Source of the DNA: Caldisericota bacterium
Lineage (GTDB): Bacteria; Caldisericota; Caldisericia; UBA6126; JAGPKI01
DNA length: 64,000 bases
Reading direction: 5' to 3'
Assembly (NCBI GenBank): GCA_052034135.1
Contig: JBPOJC010000005.1
Coordinates: forward strand, 76 to 64,075
A program made the position numbers and the translations under genes. The notes below the pieces were generated by a model. The model saw nothing but the letters and a program-made list of their open reading frames with translations, was not told the origin of the DNA and searched no databases. Of this stretch, positions 9,762 through 17,577 are shown piece by piece. Position 1 is the first letter of the stretch. The number at the start of each line of letters is the position of its first letter.

Positions 9762-9821
9762 AATTACTTATAGTTAAAATTACTTATAGTTATTGAAGTG
9801 CATAAGAGAGTGAAATAATGG
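9762..9821 (+). promoter_or_regulatory. Tandem 15-bp direct repeat (aattacttatagtta, twice) followed by a sigma70-like TTGAAG ... TGnAATAAT element upstream of the RAMP operon
   Basis: Repeats at 9762-9776 and 9778-9792. TTGAAG at 9793-9798. Extended -10-like tgaaataat at 9811-9819. Confidence 0.25.
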
Positions 9822-9879
9822 TAAATGTGGTGGATTTATTTGGTAAGGACGCAAAAAAAGTTTTGAAGGTGAAAATAAA

Positions 9880-11001
9880 ATGAAAGAATTTGCAGTAAAA
9901 ATTAAACTTTTAACTCCAATTTGGACGGGGGACGCAAATAGACACAATACTACTTTAAGAGAGACTGGTATAATTGGAAGTTTGAGATGGTGGTATGAAG
10001 CATTAATCAGGGGGCTTGGTGGAACCGCTTGTGACCCAACAAATGAGAGTCTCCGATGTAAATTAGATCATGATAAATTTTATAAGGCAATAAAGAACGG
10101 AAATTCAATTAAAGATGCATTAGATGCGCAAATATGCCAGGTTTGTCAGCTTTTTGGCTGTACAGGTTGGGCAAGAAAATTTAGATTGGAAATAGTAGGC
10201 AACGGTATTACTCCTATTCAAGGAGTATGGATAGGAACAAGAGAAAAGAGAGGGAATAAATATTTAAAGCGAAATATATCAGGCTTGATGTCTAATGATT
10301 TAATAACTTTGAAATTTATCCCATTAAGAGATATTTCTCAACAAGAATGGAGTTTATTGAATATAAGTTTGGGAATAATAGAAAATTATGGAGCTTTAGG
10401 GGCACACATCTCTCAAGGAAATGGTGTAATTGAAGTTGTTGAAAATAATTTGCCTCGTAGTAATAAGCTTTGGACATTTGATTTAAAGAAAAATAAAGAT
10501 AATAGCGAGTTACCTAATTTGAATAATTTTTTCTTTTACAAGTTTCATATCAAATTTAAAGAAAGCTTAGTAAACCTAATTAATAACAATGTTTTTTGGA
10601 CTCATACTTTAGATCATAGTGAATTTAAAAATGACCTAAACTCATGGCGAGTACTTTGGACTAAATATCATTTTCTTCCAATATCATTTCATATAAGGGA
10701 TACTATAAGGTGTTTAGAGAGTGATAGAAATAAAAGGCATGAAATATTTGGCATAGGCGGGGGAAATGCTAAAGGCTCAAAAGTGTTTGCCTCTCATGGA
10801 TATAAAATTGATGAAAAAACCATAGAAGTTCGAGTTTGTGGATATAATGTGGACCAATGTATTAAAAATAGGATAAAGAATGAAATAGGCAGTATGCTGG
10901 AAGAAAAGTTATTTTCGTCAGATGAAAATAGGAAAAACTTAGAAGAATGTATTTTGACAGAAGAAAAAGAGGGTAGCGAATTACTGGAGGGGTTAAAATG
11001 A
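9880..11001 (+). CDS. cmr1: Type III RAMP protein, Cmr1-like (Cas7 group)
   Basis: GIIGSLRWWYEALIRGLGG matches the Cmr1/Cmr6 GSS.(R/K)G.LRWW motif. Inserted CxxC...CQVCQ zinc finger immediately before the LFG G-rich loop. Confidence 0.65.
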   Translation: MKEFAVKIKLLTPIWTGDANRHNTTLRETGIIGSLRWWYEALIRGLGGTACDPTNESLRCKLDHDKFYKAIKNGNSIKDALDAQICQVCQLFGCTGWARKFRLEIVGNGITPIQGVWIGTREKRGNKYLKRNISGLMSNDLITLKFIPLRDISQQEWSLLNISLGIIENYGALGAHISQGNGVIEVVENNLPRSNKLWTFDLKKNKDNSELPNLNNFFFYKFHIKFKESLVNLINNNVFWTHTLDHSEFKNDLNSWRVLWTKYHFLPISFHIRDTIRCLESDRNKRHEIFGIGGGNAKGSKVFASHGYKIDEKTIEVRVCGYNVDQCIKNRIKNEIGSMLEEKLFSSDENRKNLEECILTEEKEGSELLEGLK

Positions 11002-11843
11002 TGCATGACTATTACCTTTCAAAGGCGGAAGAATATGCGGATATTGAGGATATTGAATTAGCTAAAAATAAGAAAGATATTCAGGATAAGTTGAAAAAAG
11101 ATGTAGATGATGAACTTATCCATACCTTTTACCCTTCAAAAGATGATCTCAAAAATCTTCCTCAAAACTCCACTCTTTTAAAAATCTCCTTCACTCTAAA
11201 AAAGTCTTATACAAGCAAAGATGAAGGGGAATTTCATATTTACAATAGTAAAGATAAAAGGGATAAAATCTTTGAAAATCCGATTGTTAGGGATAAATTC
11301 ACAGGGCTTCCTGCAGTAAAGCCTTCAACATGGAAAGGACACTTGCGTTTTGCTGCAAATAAAGCTGAATGGGAAAATGAGCAAGAAAAAAAGGAAATTA
11401 TCAGAAGGCTTTTTGGTTCAGAATCAGAGGAAAAAGAAAATCCATTAAAGGGGAGGCTTTATTTTTTCCCTACATTTTTCAGAGAAGACACAGATATGGA
11501 TGTAATTACCCCCTTGAAAAGAGCCACCAGAATTCCAGCAAGAGGCCCAATAAGCTTAGAAGTTATGAAACCAGGCAAGAATGCTGATTTTTATCTATTA
11601 TACGTTCCCTATCCAAAGGGAGCGGATTTCAAGGAGGAAGATGTCAATAAAGATTTAAGATTTTTAGCTGAGGCTTTAAAACTGATGTTTTATACTTATG
11701 GCTTTTCTGCAAAAAAGACAAGCGGATTTGGGGTAATTGAGAATTTAGAAGCAGGGAATATTGATGTTTATCCTGAAGATAAAAAAGAAATTTTCTCAAT
11801 ACTATACACTAAAGTAAGCGATAGTGTTAACCATGGTGTATAA
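10998..11843 (+). CDS. cmr6: Type III RAMP protein, Cmr6-like (Cas7 group)
   Basis: STWKGHLRF is a degenerate S.KG.LR motif. RRLFGSESEE...KGRLYFFPTFF is an LFG G-rich loop followed by a G.l.F pattern. ATGA overlap with the upstream gene. Confidence 0.55.
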   Translation: MMHDYYLSKAEEYADIEDIELAKNKKDIQDKLKKDVDDELIHTFYPSKDDLKNLPQNSTLLKISFTLKKSYTSKDEGEFHIYNSKDKRDKIFENPIVRDKFTGLPAVKPSTWKGHLRFAANKAEWENEQEKKEIIRRLFGSESEEKENPLKGRLYFFPTFFREDTDMDVITPLKRATRIPARGPISLEVMKPGKNADFYLLYVPYPKGADFKEEDVNKDLRFLAEALKLMFYTYGFSAKKTSGFGVIENLEAGNIDVYPEDKKEIFSILYTKVSDSVNHGV

Positions 11844-11845
11844 AA

Positions 11846-12604
11846 ATGAGAATTAATTTAATAGACCAATTAGCATCTAAAGGAAATACTTTTACCTTTG
11901 AGGAAGCGCAAAAATTAATAGGGTCTGACTATTCTGTGACAAAAGTAATTATTTCTCGTCTTGAGAAAAAGGGATGGATTGAAAGAATTGAGAAGGGTAA
12001 ATATATGATTATTCCTCTGGGAGCTGAGAAAGGTAAGTATACTCTTAATGAGTTTGTTATTGGTTCTATGCTTATTAAGCCTTATGCAATTGCTTACTGG
12101 AGTGCTCTTCATTTTTATGGCCTCACTGAACAAATACCAAATACGGTATTTATTCAAACAACTGCAAGAAAGAAAAATCAAAATATTAAAGTTTTTGGCA
12201 TTAATTATAAAATTGTGAGAATAAAAGAGGCAAAATTCTTTGGTATTCGTAGGGAATGGATAGAAGAAACGCAGATAAATATCACAGATAAAGAAAAAAC
12301 AATAGTGGATTGCTTAGATAAACCTCAGTACTGTGGTGGAATAATAGAAGTAGCAAAAGCATTAAAAAATGGAAGCTTTGATAAGGATAGATTGGAAGTT
12401 TATGCAAATAAAATTGGAAATTCAGGTGTTATTAGGAGACTTGGTTTTCTGTGTGATTTTCTTGGAATCAAGATAAATTTACCTCAAATTAAGACAAAAA
12501 ATTATCTTTATCTTGATCCAACAATGCCACTGGAAGGGCAAAGAAATGCTAAGTGGCGATTAATTATAAATCTTGATGAGAAGATTCTGGGGGCACTTGA
12601 GTGA
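11846..12604 (+). CDS. AbiEi-like winged-helix protein (COG5340 / type IV toxin-antitoxin antitoxin family)
   Basis: N-terminal wHTH with the characteristic LEKKGWIERIEKGKYMI segment (cf. AbiEi L.K.G.L.RL.RG.Y). Its stop overlaps the GTG start of the downstream AbiEii-domain gene (GTGA). Confidence 0.6.
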   Translation: MRINLIDQLASKGNTFTFEEAQKLIGSDYSVTKVIISRLEKKGWIERIEKGKYMIIPLGAEKGKYTLNEFVIGSMLIKPYAIAYWSALHFYGLTEQIPNTVFIQTTARKKNQNIKVFGINYKIVRIKEAKFFGIRREWIEETQINITDKEKTIVDCLDKPQYCGGIIEVAKALKNGSFDKDRLEVYANKIGNSGVIRRLGFLCDFLGIKINLPQIKTKNYLYLDPTMPLEGQRNAKWRLIINLDEKILGALE

Positions 12605-15600
12605 TTTCAAAAAATGAAATACCACAGAAAGCAAGGGAAAAAGAAGTACCTGAATCTACTATTGAGAGAGACTATGTTCAGAACTGGTTACTTATGGCAT
12701 TATCATCTCTTCCTCTTGTACTAAAAGGAGGAACAGGTATAAGAAAGGTGTATGTTGAAGATTATAGATTTTCTGATGATTTAGATTTTACATTACTTAA
12801 TAGGATTGATGAAGATGAATTAAGAGAAATAATAGAAAAATCAGTGGAAAAAGCAAGAGAAGAAAGTGGAATAAATTTTAGTAGGGATATAGGGTTTTGT
12901 AAAAATGATAATGGTTTTGAAGCAGATGTCTATTTTCAGCTTATGCAAACGGGAAGCAATAGAACATCAGTAAAGATAGATATAACAAACTGTGAGAATG
13001 AGAGGATACTTTTACCAGTAGATATAAAGAAGATAATTCATCCATATTCTGATGATTTAAATGCTGAAGTAAAAGTATATGCTCTTGAAGAGATGATTAC
13101 AGAAAAGATAAGGAGTCTTTTTCAGAGAACAAGACCGAGAGATCTATATGATGTATGGTATATGTGGGATAAGGTGGATAGAAGAAAAATTTTTAAAATT
13201 CTTCCTGAAAAATTTAAATCAAAAAATGTTGAGATGGATATAAAAGATTTTGAGCAAAGGAAAAATGACTTTGAAGGTGCTTGGAAAAATTCTCTTGGTC
13301 ATCAACTTAAAGAGTTACCTGAATTTGAAAATGTGTTTTTGACCGTGTTTGAGGAGGTAAAAAAGATGCTTATTGATATAATTAGTAATAATAAAGAAAA
13401 TATCTTAATTGGTGAAATTGGGGCTTTGCTTCATGATATTGGAAAATGCCACCCAGATTTTATAAGGGTACAGTCTTTAGAGCATGAAACTAATTTTGTT
13501 CACGAAAATATTGATAAATTTTTGAAACCTGAGCTTATTGATACCCTTAAAAAGGTAAAAATAAAATTCGATAATGAAGAAAAATCAGTCTATGATCTTA
13601 TTCGTTATCACCATGATGCTAAGGGAACTCTTTTAAAATATTTAGAAAAATGTGATCGCTTAGATTCAGCTGATGATAAAGGAGTTGTGAGAAAAAAACA
13701 GTCAAAAGATGATACTATTATATGTTCACCATTTGGTTTTTCTAAAGAAAAGATTGATCTTCAGTGTTTGCAAAAAAGACTAAACGATTTAGAAAGTAAT
13801 TTGATAGGATTATTCCAAAATTATGTATCTGGTAGTTTAGATATAGTCTGTTTTAGAAAATGTTTGATGAATAACCTAAACACAACATTTTCCTGTGCTC
13901 TTGGAGAGACAAGGATCCCAGCAAATGATGTAACCCTCTGGGATCATTCACATTCTACGGCATCGCTCTTTAAGTCTGCATTGTGTGCGATGGTCCTTGG
14001 TGAAAAACCTGATAAAGACAAATTGCAATGGAGGATCTTTGGATTTTGCTGGGATGGTATTGGTTTTATAAATAAAGGTAAGGAAGTTGCTGACATTCTT
14101 CAGAGAAAAAAAATTATTGATGAGATGAAGAGAAAATTAAAAGATAAATTTGAAGAAGAGATCCCAATTGGTAATGTAATTTATGAGGATAATAATGGGA
14201 TTTATTTTACATTTCCAGCATTGAATAACAATTCAGAAGCACTTGCAAAAGAATGTGCAAAGATAGGACTTGATATTATTAGAAAAGATAGTAATGATGA
14301 GATATGGCCATTTTTCACATTGAGTAAGCCACATAGAACCCTTACAATCCTTACTGAAGAATTAAAATTTGCTTCTAAGGAAAGAGCTATACCTAAAATG
14401 ACACCAACTTTATTTATTGAAGGAAATGGAGAGATAACGTTAGATAATCCTGAAATAGATACTCCAAAAGATGGTTGGGATATTTGTCCTATCTGTAGAT
14501 TAAGAGCAAAGCTTGAGGATGATGATAGATGTGATGTTTGTAAAGAAAGAAAAAAAGGGAGATTAGATAGTTGGCTTAGTAGTAGAGAGAATACAATCTG
14601 GATAGATGAAGTTGCGGATGATAATAATCGCATTGCATTACTTACCCTAAGCTTTGACCTTGATAAATGGCTTGATGGTACGATGATTGGAACCATTTTT
14701 TCTCAAACTCTTGAGGACTGGAAAAATAGCAAAGATGCGATTAAGTTTTTCAGTAATAAACAAAACGAACAAAAGCTAAAAAGTAAAGGCATAAATATTA
14801 ATGATGCTCCTATTAATTTATCAAAAAATTGTTTGAAAATTATTACAGATGAGGATCCCTTAAAAAAGGATCCCTCAAAAGACCCTGCATTTAAAAGTGA
14901 ACTGATAAATACATTTTACGAGGATGTTAAATCTACTCAAAATGAAAAAGATGAGAATTATATTGAAAAATTTATTGATAATCTTAAAGTACGTGTAGGT
15001 CCTGAACCATTTAATTCATCTAATCTGCAAAAAGTAATTTTCACTCAAAATCCATCTCCTGCTCGTTTGTATAGAATTTGGAAAGAGACAGATGAATTTT
15101 TTGGTTTAGTTACTAAAGATATAAAAGGAGGAATCTATTCTCGTAAACGGAAAAGGCTACATTTCTCAGCAGATAATAACGCTTTAAAAGTTAAGATAGA
15201 TCTTGAGAGTATAGAAAATACTCCTTTAGAAAATACTCCTTTAATAATAAAAATAAATGGTTTAAAGCCTGAAAGTATTTTAGTCATTCATACATCAGGT
15301 GGTGAATTTTATACCATTGAATCACTTGAAAAATTTAAATACGGAGATAAATCAGGCCCTGATGTCGTTAAAGACGCTTTAAGTAAAGGGTTATATTGGA
15401 TTTCAGAGGAAGATAAACCTGATATTAATCTACTAAAGAATGGTCAAAATATAAAGATTAATGGCATTCTTTCAGAAGAAGATTATTATCCCATTATTGA
15501 AATTACAAAGTCTCCATTGTCAATGCGACTAATTGTACCAGCATCTGACTCTATATCAATTTTGAAGTCAATAGTAAAGCTATATAATCAAAGATTTGAA

Positions 15601-16284
15601 AAGGTTTTAGGGAAATTACCTTTTAATATTGGTTTACTCGTTTCAAAGAGGAAGTTTCCACTCTATGTTTTATTAGATACTGGAGAAAGATTATTTCATG
15701 CTAAAGAGTTTAAGAAGCCTGAAATGATGGATGCATGGTGGGATATAAATGATCTTAGGAATGACGAATTTTACAGTTTTTATCCAGTAACAAAATTTGA
15801 AGATCAAAAATACAATCTTGATGATTTAGTTCCATTATCTAAAGGCAAAATCTATTCTTTATATCCTGGATATTTTGACTTTGACTTAATCCTTGGTACA
15901 CAAGATAGATACAATATTACCTACAATGAGAAAAGAAGAGCTAATAACGATTACATGCTATTTTCTAAAAGACCTTGTTATTTTTATCAATTTCCACAGA
16001 TGATTGACTTATGGGAAATTCTTAATAATAATCTCTCAAGCTCTCAAATTAACTTTATTGAAGAATCATTAACAAATAAACTGCGAGAATGGCGCAATGT
16101 TAATGAACCTATAAAAAATGATGTATTCAGAAAGTTTGTAGAGGCAACAATAAAAGATGCATTTAGCAGTAACTGGGATAAATTAGAAAAGGAGACCAAA
16201 GATTTTATTTTAAACTCTGCTTACAATGGGTTTTTACTTGATACCATAGTTTTATTTAATCATACTATAAAGAAGGGAGAATAA
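12601..16284 (+). CDS. cas10: Fusion protein: N-terminal AbiEii/DUF1814 nucleotidyltransferase domain plus Cas10-like large subunit (HD nuclease, degenerate palm domains, zinc finger, C-terminal helical domain)
   Basis: aa 39-66: LKGGTGIRKVYVEDYRFSDDLDFTL (Pol-beta NTase GS and DxD motifs as in AbiEii). aa 178-188: RPRDLYDVWYM (DUF1814 R.RDLYD motif). aa 264 onward: IGALLHDIGKC (canonical Csm1 N-terminal HD motif), then RYHHDAKG and CDRLDSADD. aa 481: GFCWDGIGFI (Cas10 palm-1 D.SGIQ.FI-like motif). aa 629-648: CPICRL...CDVCKER treble clef. aa 676: IALLTLSFDLD. No GGDD; only SGGEFY at aa 899. Confidence 0.7.
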   Translation: MISKNEIPQKAREKEVPESTIERDYVQNWLLMALSSLPLVLKGGTGIRKVYVEDYRFSDDLDFTLLNRIDEDELREIIEKSVEKAREESGINFSRDIGFCKNDNGFEADVYFQLMQTGSNRTSVKIDITNCENERILLPVDIKKIIHPYSDDLNAEVKVYALEEMITEKIRSLFQRTRPRDLYDVWYMWDKVDRRKIFKILPEKFKSKNVEMDIKDFEQRKNDFEGAWKNSLGHQLKELPEFENVFLTVFEEVKKMLIDIISNNKENILIGEIGALLHDIGKCHPDFIRVQSLEHETNFVHENIDKFLKPELIDTLKKVKIKFDNEEKSVYDLIRYHHDAKGTLLKYLEKCDRLDSADDKGVVRKKQSKDDTIICSPFGFSKEKIDLQCLQKRLNDLESNLIGLFQNYVSGSLDIVCFRKCLMNNLNTTFSCALGETRIPANDVTLWDHSHSTASLFKSALCAMVLGEKPDKDKLQWRIFGFCWDGIGFINKGKEVADILQRKKIIDEMKRKLKDKFEEEIPIGNVIYEDNNGIYFTFPALNNNSEALAKECAKIGLDIIRKDSNDEIWPFFTLSKPHRTLTILTEELKFASKERAIPKMTPTLFIEGNGEITLDNPEIDTPKDGWDICPICRLRAKLEDDDRCDVCKERKKGRLDSWLSSRENTIWIDEVADDNNRIALLTLSFDLDKWLDGTMIGTIFSQTLEDWKNSKDAIKFFSNKQNEQKLKSKGININDAPINLSKNCLKIITDEDPLKKDPSKDPAFKSELINTFYEDVKSTQNEKDENYIEKFIDNLKVRVGPEPFNSSNLQKVIFTQNPSPARLYRIWKETDEFFGLVTKDIKGGIYSRKRKRLHFSADNNALKVKIDLESIENTPLENTPLIIKINGLKPESILVIHTSGGEFYTIESLEKFKYGDKSGPDVVKDALSKGLYWISEEDKPDINLLKNGQNIKINGILSEEDYYPIIEITKSPLSMRLIVPASDSISILKSIVKLYNQRFEKVLGKLPFNIGLLVSKRKFPLYVLLDTGERLFHAKEFKKPEMMDAWWDINDLRNDEFYSFYPVTKFEDQKYNLDDLVPLSKGKIYSLYPGYFDFDLILGTQDRYNITYNEKRRANNDYMLFSKRPCYFYQFPQMIDLWEILNNNLSSSQINFIEESLTNKLREWRNVNEPIKNDVFRKFVEATIKDAFSSNWDKLEKETKDFILNSAYNGFLLDTIVLFNHTIKKGE

Positions 16285-16289
16285 TTAAA

Positions 16290-17195
16290 ATGGATGTACC
16301 TAAAAAATATTTTGCAATAACTCTTGATCCTGTACATATCGGGGCTGGCGGATATAGACTTGGTTTTGTAGATAATACTATAGTAAGGGAACCAGCTACT
16401 GATATACCTAAAATTCCTGGGACATCACTGGCAGGTGTAATAAGAGCGTTTGCAGAGTTAGTTAAAACAGAGGATGATAAGATAGCTGATACAGAGAAGA
16501 AATTCAAGAATATAAATATTGAAACAGCATTCGGTGATGAAAATAAACAGGGAATGTTAAGGTTCTATGATGGACAGATAATCTTTTTCCCAGTATCTTC
16601 AATTGAGGGGACAGTCTGGATAACTACAAAAGAATTACTTGAATACTGGCTTGGAGACATGAAGGATGAACAAGGCAAGAAAATTACAATTCCATATGAA
16701 GTGCAAGATAAAGCATATGCAGTAAAAGGAGTTAATCCTGAAGCATTAAAGCTTGGATTAAATCTTGGATGGCTATTGCTGGAGATTCAGAATATTACTG
16801 GAGGGAAAGAAGTTGTACTGCCATCAGAATTAGAGAATTTCTTAAAAAGGATTGTAGTCGTTTCAGATAAGCTATTTTCTCATCTGGTAAATGACAATTT
16901 AGAAGTGAGAACATCTGTAAAAATCGATCCAAAGACAGGGACAGCATCTGAAGGAGCATTGTTTACATACGAAGCCATACCAAGAGGAACTATATTAGGA
17001 TTTGAAATGGTTATAGATACAAGAAGGGAAAATGTAGATGATATTGAAACATTAATTAAAGCCACGTTTCCTTATTTAAAGCTTCTTGGTGTAGGTGGAC
17101 TGGGAACACGAGGTTTTGGAAGGATTAATATGTTTGGAATAAATGAAAATAATGCTCAATCCTCAAAAGGAGGAAAAGTAAATGATAAATCTTGA
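16290..17195 (+). CDS. cmr4: Cas7 backbone RAMP (Csm3/Cmr4-like) with the catalytic Asp conserved
   Basis: PVHIGAGGYRLGFVDNTIVREPATDIPKIPGTSLAGVIRAF aligns with Csm3 LHIGGGG...AIDSPVVRD...IPGSSIKG. C-terminal G-rich loop LLGVGGLGTRGFGRINMFG. RBS AGGGAG upstream. Confidence 0.8.
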   Translation: MDVPKKYFAITLDPVHIGAGGYRLGFVDNTIVREPATDIPKIPGTSLAGVIRAFAELVKTEDDKIADTEKKFKNINIETAFGDENKQGMLRFYDGQIIFFPVSSIEGTVWITTKELLEYWLGDMKDEQGKKITIPYEVQDKAYAVKGVNPEALKLGLNLGWLLLEIQNITGGKEVVLPSELENFLKRIVVVSDKLFSHLVNDNLEVRTSVKIDPKTGTASEGALFTYEAIPRGTILGFEMVIDTRRENVDDIETLIKATFPYLKLLGVGGLGTRGFGRINMFGINENNAQSSKGGKVNDKS

Positions 17196-17577
17196 TTATT
17201 TATGCACAAAAATTGGTCAGGAAATAGGAGAAATGAAAAAGGAAAGAAATGAATCTACTCTTAGTACTCTTAGGAAGGCTCTTGGTATTTTACAAGAAGA
17301 TGGAGTTTATGCAATGTTTCTTTGGCTTGAAAAAGAAAATAGTGGGATAAGAAAAAAATTAACTACCGAGCTAAATGGTAGTGATATAGTTAAAAAATAT
17401 CTTTTACAAAATTCAGAGGGTTTTCGTGACGATTTTAAAGAATTTTGTAAAGACCTTAGCGAGCTTTCTCAGGATATTGATAAACTATTCTTTCTTAAAA
17501 AGATACTTGAACGTTCATTAACTTATGCTTTGTATCACGCAAAGATAAAAGGTGTCGAAAATGTGGCAGAGACTTGA
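17182..17577 (+). CDS. cmr5: Candidate Cas11 small subunit (Cmr5/Csm2-like)
   Basis: 131-aa predicted all-helical protein sitting between the Cas7 and Cas5 genes, as expected for Cas11. Strong RBS AAAGGAGGA. No sequence motif could be verified by eye. Confidence 0.4.
   Translation: MINLDYLCTKIGQEIGEMKKERNESTLSTLRKALGILQEDGVYAMFLWLEKENSGIRKKLTTELNGSDIVKKYLLQNSEGFRDDFKEFCKDLSELSQDIDKLFFLKKILERSLTYALYHAKIKGVENVAET

Noticed and set aside
9817-9882. 21-codon micro-ORF (MVNVVDLFGKDAKKVLKVKIK) overlapping the start of the first RAMP gene
   Set aside because: Too short to support. More likely it is part of the 5' UTR or leader; it is only mentioned as a possible leader peptide.
14202-14696. 164-aa antisense ORF inside the cas10-like gene, and similar antisense ORFs (1796-1990, 2154-2531, 4666-4947, 32847-33185, 61358-61918)
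   Set aside because: They are embedded antisense to strongly supported genes and have low-complexity Ser/Leu-rich translations typical of out-of-frame artefacts in AT-rich DNA.
15295-15312. SGGEFY in the Cas10-like protein as a GGDEF/GGDD cyclase active site
   Set aside because: It lies more than 200 residues downstream of the candidate palm-2 DxD strand, far from the expected spacing of about 60 residues. It may be coincidental; noted in the findings as unresolved only.
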